From a virus (Duplodnaviria; Caudoviricetes), in IMG/VR virus record IMGVR_UViG_3300035501_001483: a stretch of DNA of 64,000 bases. One strand, 5' to 3'. Positions 49,402 to 58,378 of the stretch are shown here, in pieces. The notes beneath the pieces are model-generated. The model was not told where the DNA came from, searched no databases, and saw only the letters and a program-made list of their open reading frames with translations. A program made the translations under genes and the position numbers. The number at the start of each line of letters is the position of its first letter. Positions within the stretch are counted from its first letter, which is position 1.

Positions 49402-49806
49402 ATGATTCTCTATAGGGTGAACATCCCAAAGCAGTCGACATATGCGGCTGTGGATGGAAAATACTATGATGCCGTGTGGGTTGAGGCCAATAACCCCAAT
49501 ACCGCCGTGTTGGACGCCATTCGCTGGTACGATCTCTTCATTGGAAAGAGAGATCGTACCGCTCGAGAAAAACCTGCCGCCTTTATGGCACCTCCCACTG
49601 TTCGTTTGAGTCCCGATGAAATCAGGCTTCATCAATACAATGTCTGGTATGCCGTGGATGGCTTCAAGAAGCTCGACAAGATCGCGGTCTTTGCCTATGG
49701 ACGCAATAAGGATGACGCTGTTCGTATCGCACTGGAATATGGACGTTACGGTGTCTCTCGACACCATGTGACAGGATTATCTTACGTAGAAAGGGCTGCT
49801 GACTGA
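49402..49806 (+). CDS. Hypothetical protein
   Basis: ORF with RBS. Confidence 0.6.
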   Translation: MILYRVNIPKQSTYAAVDGKYYDAVWVEANNPNTAVLDAIRWYDLFIGKRDRTAREKPAAFMAPPTVRLSPDEIRLHQYNVWYAVDGFKKLDKIAVFAYGRNKDDAVRIALEYGRYGVSRHHVTGLSYVERAAD

Positions 49807-49807
49807 C

Positions 49808-50629
49808 ATGAACTCCAAACTATCCAAAGATCAATACTACCTTGGCATCGCAGAAGCGGTTGCCATCAAATCCACCTGTTTGCGGCGCAAGTATGGCGCC
49901 ATCATCGTCAAGAATGACGAGATTATCTCTACGGGTTACAATGGAAGTCCTCGTGGCTGTATGAACTGCGCAGAGACGGGATGCATGAGAGAAGCCATCG
50001 GAATTGGCAAAGGCGACGCTTACAACCTCTGCGTCTCCGTCCACGCTGAGCAGAATGCCATCATCTCGGCAAGTCGTCGGGACATGATTGGCTCCACCAT
50101 TTACATTGTGGGCCTCAATGCCAAAGAAGAGCTGACGGCCAAAGCGCGTTATGCGGACCCATCACCCTGCCTGCTGTGTCATCGCATGATCATCAATGCC
50201 GGCATCACCAAAGCTGTGGGCATGGTCACCGATGAACTTGGCCAGGATAAAGGTATCTACATCGACATTACCCAGGAACGTTTCATGGAACGCATGCAAG
50301 CAGAATACACCAAGACCATCAATAAGATGGAAATGGACATGGCTGACCCTAAAGTCATTGAGAATGCCAAAAAGCTGGTGCAGATCCGCTCTCAAATGAT
50401 TGAGAAGACTTATCATCCGGATTACAGCGATCCCAATGTGCTGGCGGCTATGCAAATCTGCGCATTCCGTACCAAGGACAGAAAGTGCTCCGCCTTTAGA
50501 TGCTCCGTGAAGCCCGATGGGGAATGTGTCAGCAAAGAATACTTCGACTGTATCGCTCGCCAGTGCCCCATCATCAATAAGGACATGCTGGGCGATGCGA
50601 CGCTGACTTTGGAAGATCACGCAAATTAA
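49808..50629 (+). CDS. dCMP deaminase with Cys-rich C-terminal extension
   Basis: STCLRRKYGA, STGYNG, HAEQNA, PCLLC. Confidence 0.92.
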   Translation: MNSKLSKDQYYLGIAEAVAIKSTCLRRKYGAIIVKNDEIISTGYNGSPRGCMNCAETGCMREAIGIGKGDAYNLCVSVHAEQNAIISASRRDMIGSTIYIVGLNAKEELTAKARYADPSPCLLCHRMIINAGITKAVGMVTDELGQDKGIYIDITQERFMERMQAEYTKTINKMEMDMADPKVIENAKKLVQIRSQMIEKTYHPDYSDPNVLAAMQICAFRTKDRKCSAFRCSVKPDGECVSKEYFDCIARQCPIINKDMLGDATLTLEDHAN

Positions 50630-50651
50630 CATCGAGTGAGGTATAAACACT

Positions 50652-51845
50652 GTGGCGTTAAAACGAGACGCTCATGTCGAACTGACAGAAGAGCAATCGG
50701 AGCTCGTCAAACGTTTGAAAGACTGGTATACCAAGAGTGACCGCCAGTGGTACTCCTACACAGGAGCGGCTGGCACTGGAAAGACCACTGTTGTGGAAGC
50801 GGTGATCGAGGAATTGGGAATTGAGCGCTACATTGCATGCGCCTACGTCGGGAAGGCTGTGACCGTCTTAGCACGGCATGGCCTTCCCGCCTCAACCATT
50901 CACAGCATGATTTACAACGTCATTTGGGTACCAGTATTGGACGAGCATGGAAATCGAGTAATCAAAGAGGACGGGAAACCTAAGATGAGAGTGGAGTTTT
51001 CATTGAAGCCCTCCATTAAGGGAGACCCGCAACTCATCATCGTAGATGAAGCCACCATGGTCAATGACGATTTGGCTGCCGACATTTTATCTTTTGGCAT
51101 CAAGACCGTCTTTATCGGCGATAATAACCAGCTCCCGCCAGTATTTGGCGTATCTTCAGTGATGCTCAATCCAGATTTCTGGCTGACCCGCATCATGAGA
51201 CAGCAGGAGGGCAATCCCATCATCTATCTGTCTCAGAAGATCCTCAAGAGGGAGTTTATCCATTACGGTCAATATGGAAATAGCTCCGTAAGACCTTATA
51301 TTGAGCTGGGTGCCAACTATAAGAACTATGACTGCATCATAACAGCAACCAATAGAGCGCGCGATGATATCAATCATCATATCCGAAAGAACGTCTTACA
51401 AATCAAGTCAGATTTGCCCATTGTGGGAGACCGGCTGATTTGCAGGCAGAATGACTGGGATCGATGCATTGATGGTAACATCTATCTGACTACCGGCATG
51501 ACGGGAACTGTCACGGACATCAATAGAAGTCTGGCAGCCAATCGCTACATGTGCATTGACTTCCAGCCAGATATCTCAGACAGTGAGTTTGTGAACCTCT
51601 TTCTGGACAGTGCATACATCCAAAAGGATTATGAAGACAGAAAGCTGTATGGATTTAGCGCCTATGAGAAGTTTGAGTACGGCTATGCGGTGACTTGTCA
51701 TTCCATGCAGGGCAGTAGTGCCGATCATGTACTCTTCTTTGACCAGTGGTTTCATGATGTAGATATGACCAGGAAAATCCGTTATACTGCCATCACACGA
51801 GCAGTGGAAAGCATCGATATTGTGTCGTCGGTGCGATTCGTGTGA
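50652..51845 (+). CDS. Dda/RecD-like SF1 helicase
   Basis: GAAGTGKT, IIVDEATM, GDNNQLPPV, TCHSMQGS, YTAITRA. Confidence 0.92.
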   Translation: MALKRDAHVELTEEQSELVKRLKDWYTKSDRQWYSYTGAAGTGKTTVVEAVIEELGIERYIACAYVGKAVTVLARHGLPASTIHSMIYNVIWVPVLDEHGNRVIKEDGKPKMRVEFSLKPSIKGDPQLIIVDEATMVNDDLAADILSFGIKTVFIGDNNQLPPVFGVSSVMLNPDFWLTRIMRQQEGNPIIYLSQKILKREFIHYGQYGNSSVRPYIELGANYKNYDCIITATNRARDDINHHIRKNVLQIKSDLPIVGDRLICRQNDWDRCIDGNIYLTTGMTGTVTDINRSLAANRYMCIDFQPDISDSEFVNLFLDSAYIQKDYEDRKLYGFSAYEKFEYGYAVTCHSMQGSSADHVLFFDQWFHDVDMTRKIRYTAITRAVESIDIVSSVRFV

Positions 51846-51946
51846 CCTAAAAGAGACTGCCAACCAGTGTTGGCAGTCGCTTTTTTTGCCCTGAATAGGG
51901 TCCAAAACATTTCCATAAGAATTACCCAAAGTGAGGTGACATTCCA

Positions 51947-52636
51947 ATGAACGGTGAAATCCTAGCTACCATCATCGTGGCTTTGATTGCGCTCTTCGGT
52001 ACGATTGTCACTGCCGTACTACAGTACAGGGCTACCGAAGAGGCCAAGAAGGCCAAGCATTACGATGAAGAAAAACAGAGGGCAGACGCGGCCGAGCGTA
52101 AACTTGAAAAGGAGCAGCGTGATAGGGAGCACGAGCAAATCAAAGCCGAAATGGAAAGTCTTCATAAGGAGATTGCCAAGGTGCATGAAGATGTGCAACA
52201 CCTTGGGGACCGAATCGATGCGGTCAAGAAGACGACAGATGCTCATCTGTCTTCCCATGATGATACTCTCGCCAAGATTTCCGATATTCTGTCGAGAGAC
52301 GCACGGACCTATTCGGGTCTGATGAAGATGCACTCTCAGACGGAGTCTCGACTGCAGGCCTTGCTCAACATCCAGATCTGCAGTATGCAGTTTGCCAATG
52401 ACACTGCGGCTACTCTTCATGTTGTGGGTGACATTCTCGGTCATACGCTGGAGGACGAAGAGGCGCAGGGTAAACTCTCTGAAGCGGTCTCCAAACACGA
52501 GGGCGCTCAGAATAACTTCATCAAAGAGCTGATGAATCAGCAGCAATCACTGTTTAACTCCAATATGATGGACAACGCATCTGAATCTGCTGAAGAACGC
52601 TCCGATGACGTCAAGAATCGGCTATCTAACCGTTAA
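51947..52636 (+). CDS. Late single-TM coiled-coil protein (holin-like)
   Basis: Late promoter 51906-51918; N-terminal IIVALIALFGTIV helix. Confidence 0.5.
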   Translation: MNGEILATIIVALIALFGTIVTAVLQYRATEEAKKAKHYDEEKQRADAAERKLEKEQRDREHEQIKAEMESLHKEIAKVHEDVQHLGDRIDAVKKTTDAHLSSHDDTLAKISDILSRDARTYSGLMKMHSQTESRLQALLNIQICSMQFANDTAATLHVVGDILGHTLEDEEAQGKLSEAVSKHEGAQNNFIKELMNQQQSLFNSNMMDNASESAEERSDDVKNRLSNR

Positions 52637-52674
52637 AAGAAGACTACCATCTCTGGTAGTCTTCTTTTTTGATG

Positions 52675-53370
52675 TCATCTGAGACCTCTATTCTTGAGGT
52701 GATCTCGTTCATACTCGTAGAAATTGCTGTCCCTATTGGCTTCTTCAATATCCTGGAGACTCATCTTACGAGTAGCGCCTCTGGTATAGGCAATCACACG
52801 GTACTTGATGCCTTTCCAACAGGCGATGTCCAGAACGGACTGCATGAGCGTTCTGAAACGCGTATCGACGCGAGTTAATTTTGCCGGGTCATAGTCCTCT
52901 GGCAGAAGCCGAGGTTCTTCGAGTTCTTCCACATTGCAGTTGTAAACCGTTGCAATGTAGGTAGCAATATTCGATTTATAAAGCTTATAGATGCCCGCTC
53001 CACCGCAGATAAAGACGCTGCAGTCGCCATAAGATTCCACGGCTTCCTTCAAGCCTTTGATGGGTTCACTGGAGACCATGGGAAGAGGAGTTGATTTTGG
53101 AAGCTTCATTTCCGCAATTTGCTTGGCGATTTCCTCCACATTGTGAGTGATCACCAGCGTCTGCCTCTTGGGAAGAATCTTGCCAATGGATTCAAACGTT
53201 TTACGTCCCATAATGCAGACATGACCTTGCGTTTTCACCTTGAAGAATTCCAAATCGGCCGGATTATCGAAAATCAGATGGTTGTCATAGCCAATGATAC
53301 CAGCGCGATCCATTGCTAAGATGGCTCTCACTAATATGGGATGGCCGTCCGATGTTACTAAGTTGGGCAT
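52675..53370 (-). CDS. folA: Dihydrofolate reductase
   Basis: AMDRAGIIG, DLEFFK, IMGRKTFESI, LPKR, ICGGAGIY. Confidence 0.92.
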   Translation of the reverse strand: MPNLVTSDGHPILVRAILAMDRAGIIGYDNHLIFDNPADLEFFKVKTQGHVCIMGRKTFESIGKILPKRQTLVITHNVEEIAKQIAEMKLPKSTPLPMVSSEPIKGLKEAVESYGDCSVFICGGAGIYKLYKSNIATYIATVYNCNVEELEEPRLLPEDYDPAKLTRVDTRFRTLMQSVLDIACWKGIKYRVIAYTRGATRKMSLQDIEEANRDSNFYEYERDHLKNRGLR

Positions 53371-53427
53371 ACGTACGGATTCACTCCTCTCAATTCCACT
53401 ATAGTTGAACTTAGACGATTATTGGGC

Positions 53428-54444
53428 TTACTTCTTGGCGGTCTCCCGCAGCTCATAGTAGACAGTGCTGCAGACAGATTCCGAATCCATGAAGTTGCAG
53501 TACCCATTACAGGTATTGCAGCGGTCGCAGTCAAAATTGCGGTAGCGATTTTCGCCTCTCACAATCTTGACGCGTTTGAAACCAGCTCTGCGAAGGGCAG
53601 ATTGGCAGGCATCTTTATTCATGCCATCCTTCATGATGCTCTTGGCCTGAACTGTGGCGGCCGGATGGTCATTGAGCAGATCCATCACGGATTTGCGCAA
53701 GCATTTGCTGACAAGGCTCAGCCCTCTGTAGTTTTCAGCGGTGAGCATCATGGACACTTCATAGTCGCTGTCATCACGGGGGTTTTCGCTGATGGATGCC
53801 ACTGACACGATGCCATACATGGGATCTTCGCAGACTGTGCAATACTGCAGCAGCTTGGAGATATTGCGGGGATGGTAGCACTCATGCGGCCCAAAGACCG
53901 TTTGACACATACCAGCGATGTAGGGATAATCATTGACAGTAGCTTTGCGATACCGCAGAGGATGCTCCTTGGTATTGACATGGTCCAGCTCGTAGAAGGA
54001 GCGCACCATATCTGAAATATAGTCAGGTCTGGCCATGTTGCCTCTCTTGAAAGGCTCCTGGTTGGGCAGACGAGAATTTACAGTCATTTCAAAGTGGCGC
54101 TGGGGATAAATGATGATCTCCATGGTCTGCCACTTATCACGAGGCGCATGAGCCTTCATGTAAGTGAGTTTGACAGTGCCGTTGCTCAGCGGGGTCACAT
54201 CGGGAGCGACTGGCATGCGGAGAATCAGATTGTGGATAAAGTTGACAAAGGTCTTTTTGAAAGGTCGATTTTGGTTACGCGGTTCTGTCCACTCAGGGTG
54301 TCTGCTTTTCAGATGCTCAAGACGCATGAGAAAATTATTGAATGCAGCATGGGGAGTGAACATGGCATTGGGCACCACGTCCTGCTGAACTACCGCAGGA
54401 CGAGTGGCTGCCTCAGGACTAGGCTGCTTATTCAGCTCATCCAT
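53428..54444 (-). CDS. Two-domain protein with C-terminal GNAT acetyltransferase
   Basis: YRKAT, TAENYRGLSL (motif A), LRRAGF. Confidence 0.6.
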   Translation of the reverse strand: MDELNKQPSPEAATRPAVVQQDVVPNAMFTPHAAFNNFLMRLEHLKSRHPEWTEPRNQNRPFKKTFVNFIHNLILRMPVAPDVTPLSNGTVKLTYMKAHAPRDKWQTMEIIIYPQRHFEMTVNSRLPNQEPFKRGNMARPDYISDMVRSFYELDHVNTKEHPLRYRKATVNDYPYIAGMCQTVFGPHECYHPRNISKLLQYCTVCEDPMYGIVSVASISENPRDDSDYEVSMMLTAENYRGLSLVSKCLRKSVMDLLNDHPAATVQAKSIMKDGMNKDACQSALRRAGFKRVKIVRGENRYRNFDCDRCNTCNGYCNFMDSESVCSTVYYELRETAKK

Positions 54445-54553
54445 GGGGTGTCACGTCCTTTCTCTTGAATGAAAATGATGGAATCGCTTTCCATCTTAGA
54501 GGAGAGTTAGATAGTGATTAAGTCTTAAAAAGAAAATCTATAACACGTCGATA

Positions 54554-54715
54554 ATCTTGCGGCCACGCCAGCCGTAAGAGGCGACATGGATCGCTGCTGT
54601 TATCCCAGGCAGTGATGTGCATTGTATCCTCCAAAGGTTCTCCAATCATATGAACCTCCTCTTCTTTCTTTCTGGTAAGAGAGTCAGTACCATTTCCCAG
54701 GTACTGACTCTCCTT
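54554..54715 (+). ncRNA. Putative late small RNA
   Basis: AACA CGTCGA TAA promoter at 54542-54554; hairpins; anti-SD CCTCC motifs; terminator 54678-54715. Confidence 0.4.
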
Positions 54716-54726
54716 AATGTCGTTTT

Positions 54727-55119
54727 TTATTGCTGATTATGCACATTTGACAGGATTTCGGTGACGGCCACTTGCATATACTCGGTCACCAGCATTCTCG
54801 AGAAAGCCGAGGCGAGAGCTTCCAGCATGATACCTTTCGGGTCTTCTTCAACTTTGGCGATGAGCTTGTCCCGGATGTCCTTGAAGGGATCAGTATCAGG
54901 CGGACCAGCCATGAGGCGCTTACAAAGCTCCGTCGGAACTGGCGGATCACTATAGTAGCGCTTGTAGAAGAAAAGATTCTCGACGTTCTCTTGTCTATCG
55001 AAGAATGCAGTGATTGCGGCCTTCGTCACTTCTTTAATATCGTCTGCGCTGAGTTGATCAACGCCTGAGGAAATGAGTTTATTGGCCATCTCGTCAGGTA
55101 TGTTAATTGTGACATTCAT
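54727..55119 (-). CDS. Hypothetical protein
   Basis: AAGGAG RBS. Confidence 0.65.
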   Translation of the reverse strand: MNVTINIPDEMANKLISSGVDQLSADDIKEVTKAAITAFFDRQENVENLFFYKRYYSDPPVPTELCKRLMAGPPDTDPFKDIRDKLIAKVEEDPKGIMLEALASAFSRMLVTEYMQVAVTEILSNVHNQQ

Positions 55120-55225
55120 AAGACTTCTCCTTTCTAGTTTCATTATTTTATTGGCATGGGCAAGATGAAAACTTAATCAAAAAAAAAGAAGACTGCCAGA
55201 GGCGGCAGTCTTCTTTTCAGCCCTC

Positions 55226-56104
55226 TTACGAGAGTAAGTCCTTGATGGGGCCGGACTTCTTGACGTCATGTACTGCAAGGCGTTCACGATGCCAGCCCAT
55301 TTCGATGTACTCATAGGCCTCAAAGAGGGTGTGGCCGTACTTAGAAGCGCAGAACTCGCTGAAGCCGTGCTCGTAGGTGGAATTAACCATAACACGCCGC
55401 TCCAGATAATTACATACATCATAGAACGGTTCGAGAGGCGCGTTGGTCGGATCGAGCACGGTACTGTGCGCGTAATGATCAAATCGCTCATCGATACGCA
55501 GAATCACCTGAGACCAATCTTCGCCGGCGTCTGGATCTCCATGCGTATTGGAGATCTCTACCTCAAGAGGCGAGGTCGTATATTCTTTGCCCTCCCGATC
55601 AACCCAATTGCTCTTGCACACTTCCTTCAGCGAGTGGTAAATGGTGTAGGGCATGTCGAACATGAACTGGATATAGGGACAGCTGTACGTATCGTTCAGC
55701 GCATGCCCCTGGCAGCTGTTCTTCGTAAAGAAGTGGATCTCATTCAGTCGAGCAAGAATATCGGCCATGCCAGGGTCCACTGCGATCATGATAGGCTCAA
55801 CAGCGAGACCCATGTGCCGCTTTTGACGACGACAACGTACGACCAGAGGCGTGTACTCCTCATAGGGCCCGCCCGTGATGACGGGAGAGGATGTGATGTT
55901 ATTGGGGTTGAACGTGTACATGGAAGGATCGGCGAAGGTATCAAACTCCATATCGAAGTTGACCCTGACAGTACCGCCAGTCTCACTTCTGTAGCAGATA
56001 GGGCACATGTATGCCACGCGCTTCTTGTACTCAACGACCTTATGTTCTTGAATCTTATTGCGAATCATTTCTGTCCAACCTTTCTCAGGAACTCTTGTTC
56101 CCAT
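55226..56104 (-). CDS. Hypothetical protein (CxxC, SCQGH)
   Basis: ORF within an early operon. Confidence 0.65.
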   Translation of the reverse strand: MGTRVPEKGWTEMIRNKIQEHKVVEYKKRVAYMCPICYRSETGGTVRVNFDMEFDTFADPSMYTFNPNNITSSPVITGGPYEEYTPLVVRCRRQKRHMGLAVEPIMIAVDPGMADILARLNEIHFFTKNSCQGHALNDTYSCPYIQFMFDMPYTIYHSLKEVCKSNWVDREGKEYTTSPLEVEISNTHGDPDAGEDWSQVILRIDERFDHYAHSTVLDPTNAPLEPFYDVCNYLERRVMVNSTYEHGFSEFCASKYGHTLFEAYEYIEMGWHRERLAVHDVKKSGPIKDLLS

Positions 56105-56787
56105 TTCTTACCTTTGATGGTCTCGTGCAGCTTCTGGGCTGCTTCAAAGAACTCTTCATCGGCGTCAATTACTGCCTGGTCGATGACACCAGTGCGGATC
56201 TTATTGCCGTAGCTCTGAAGGTTTCTCATGGCGATGACGCAGTTCTTGTAATCGACTGATACGGAACTCATCTCACGGAAACCAGGGACGGGCTTGCCAA
56301 TCTCAGCCATCTTCTTGCATAGCTCATCTAAAGAGCCAATGCCGACGCCGTACATCTTGGCCAGCTCGTCATAACCAGCACGCTGCACATCTCTCACGGT
56401 ACTAATTCCGTTACTCAGCAGCGTATTGCGCAATCTGGGATTCACGCCCAGGGTCTGGATCGGCCTATCATCAGGTGCGCACTGACTGGTGGTCTTCAAA
56501 AGGCCGGCGATCTCGCTCATTGCCTGCCGGCATCTGTCAGCGATGGTGGCAGCGCTGAGTGGCTTATTGGTGATCCCATCCTGACGCTGTGTGATACTGC
56601 TGATGTCAATGAGCTTCATGTTCCTCTCATAGCGGTAGTGGACAACCTCCCTGAAGGATTTGGTAGGCATGTTATTGACCGCTTCCAGAAGCTGCTCATC
56701 GGTGTACTCTCCGACGCTCTTGTAGTGCTTCATCATGTCATTGCGAAGCCTCTTCAGCCACAGTGCTTCTTCATAGGTGACTGCCAT
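56065..56787 (-). CDS. Sigma region-4-like HTH fused to RNAP alpha-CTD-like domain
   Basis: REVVHYRY...LSAATI; PIQTLGVNPRLRNTLLSNGISTVRDV...LAKMYGVGIGSLDEL. Confidence 0.75.
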   Translation of the reverse strand: MAVTYEEALWLKRLRNDMMKHYKSVGEYTDEQLLEAVNNMPTKSFREVVHYRYERNMKLIDISSITQRQDGITNKPLSAATIADRCRQAMSEIAGLLKTTSQCAPDDRPIQTLGVNPRLRNTLLSNGISTVRDVQRAGYDELAKMYGVGIGSLDELCKKMAEIGKPVPGFREMSSVSVDYKNCVIAMRNLQSYGNKIRTGVIDQAVIDADEEFFEAAQKLHETIKGKKWEQEFLRKVGQK

Positions 56788-56798
56788 AGATTACCTCC

Positions 56799-57536
56799 TT
56801 ACTCTTTATACTCTTCAGCCATCTTCTTGTCATGAGCGATCTGCTTATCATAAAGACGATCGGCTTCTTCCAGAGGATGCCGAAGCTGTTCAATGGTATG
56901 AACCAGCTCTGCCTGGCGCAGCTTTCCATGATGTAAGCCAGCTCTGATTTGGCGGCCCATCCGAGACCGCATGGGCGTATACACAATGGCCTTGTGGAAC
57001 GCCGCCTGATGATATGGTTTGAACATGGTGCCCTCGCTGGGAGAGAGGACCCATTCGCCGTTATTCTCGACGGTGAAGAACTCCGAGAGAATGCCGACCA
57101 GCTCTTCATCAAGGCTCTGATGGACCTGAATCAGGTCCAGGGTGACGACGTCGCCAGACGGCATGGTATACGACTCGACCGAGTAGCCGCTAGGCATCAC
57201 GTCAATGCTGATGAGATCTACCATCAACTTGGCCAGTCTCTCAGGGACCACAAAGATGTCCTTATGACCGCATTTGGTGCATCCGAAATTGATCAGATGG
57301 CGGTTCAGGCCAAAGCCGTAAAGAGGATCGATGCGATTGGCGTGAACGACATTGTACTTCATGTCGTCAGCGAGCATCTCGGGGTCATAAGCGCCATCGG
57401 GTTCCATGAGATCACCGGAGTCCATCTCCAAGGTGACCTTGAAATTGGGGATCTTGATGATGCGATTGCAATGCATGCAGATGCCGGCCATGTCTTCATA
57501 CTTGGTAATGCAGGAAAATACTGGATTCTGATTCAT
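56799..57536 (-). CDS. Hypothetical protein (two CxxC)
   Basis: CMHC...CTKC. Confidence 0.65.
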   Translation of the reverse strand: MNQNPVFSCITKYEDMAGICMHCNRIIKIPNFKVTLEMDSGDLMEPDGAYDPEMLADDMKYNVVHANRIDPLYGFGLNRHLINFGCTKCGHKDIFVVPERLAKLMVDLISIDVMPSGYSVESYTMPSGDVVTLDLIQVHQSLDEELVGILSEFFTVENNGEWVLSPSEGTMFKPYHQAAFHKAIVYTPMRSRMGRQIRAGLHHGKLRQAELVHTIEQLRHPLEEADRLYDKQIAHDKKMAEEYKE

Positions 57537-57553
57537 GATGCGCTATATCCTTT

Positions 57554-58285
57554 CTAATCTTTATTGCGTTCTCTGTCTCGAGCCATGCTGGACTCAATGG
57601 ATGCGATGATCTTTGCACAGTGCGCTTGAATAGACTTCATCTTCCGCAAGAGATTGCCGTAGTTACTGTGGCAATACACTTTCTCGCCAGCGTAGATGAC
57701 TTCTTTCGCTTCTTTGCTAAAGTCCTTCATCTCATCGGCAATCTCCAGGTGCTCCGAGTCGTATTTGTCCCACTGAAAGCCATTCTTCAGTACTGCTTGA
57801 TACATGACTTCTGCCAAATAGGTAGAGTGTAGCATTTCAGCAATCTGATCTCCAGTGCGATTGGTAACGTCCCAGAGACGATAGATACCCTTCTTGTAAA
57901 GAATTTTGGCGAGATCTTTTGAGAAGAGCCTAGCGCACGCCGGATTGATATTGACTATATAAGGGTCAGGTGCGCCAGTGCCCTTATACAGTATATCTAG
58001 AATACGCTTGTGCTTGGCAGCGATGACTCGTCTGTTAAACTCAGTCACGTGCCAGCGGGTATTCCAGACGTTTGCCAGTTCTCGATCTGATGTGATTCCG
58101 AGGACATAGCGATCTCGGAGCAACGTTTGCTCCATGGGGATCATGTCTTTGATGAGGTCATAATACGTCTGCGGTGAATATCCAGCAGCCTCAAAGTCAT
58201 GCGTTTCAGCAACGGCATCTTTAATTGCTGCATAGGTCTCATCGGTGAACTCATTCACACAAGGCGGGATATATTCATTGACCAT
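57554..58285 (-). CDS. Second, divergent sigma4/alpha-CTD-like protein
   Basis: EQTLLRDRY..SDRELA; FSKDLAKILYKKGIYRLWDV; same architecture as 56065..56787. Confidence 0.5.
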   Translation of the reverse strand: MVNEYIPPCVNEFTDETYAAIKDAVAETHDFEAAGYSPQTYYDLIKDMIPMEQTLLRDRYVLGITSDRELANVWNTRWHVTEFNRRVIAAKHKRILDILYKGTGAPDPYIVNINPACARLFSKDLAKILYKKGIYRLWDVTNRTGDQIAEMLHSTYLAEVMYQAVLKNGFQWDKYDSEHLEIADEMKDFSKEAKEVIYAGEKVYCHSNYGNLLRKMKSIQAHCAKIIASIESSMARDRERNKD

Positions 58286-58378
58286 GTTTTGATGCCTCCT
58301 TTCTACCAGAATGATATGTGGTTAGGTAATGGGCAAAAAAGAAGAGACTAGATTCAATCTAGTCTCTTCTTTGCGGGG

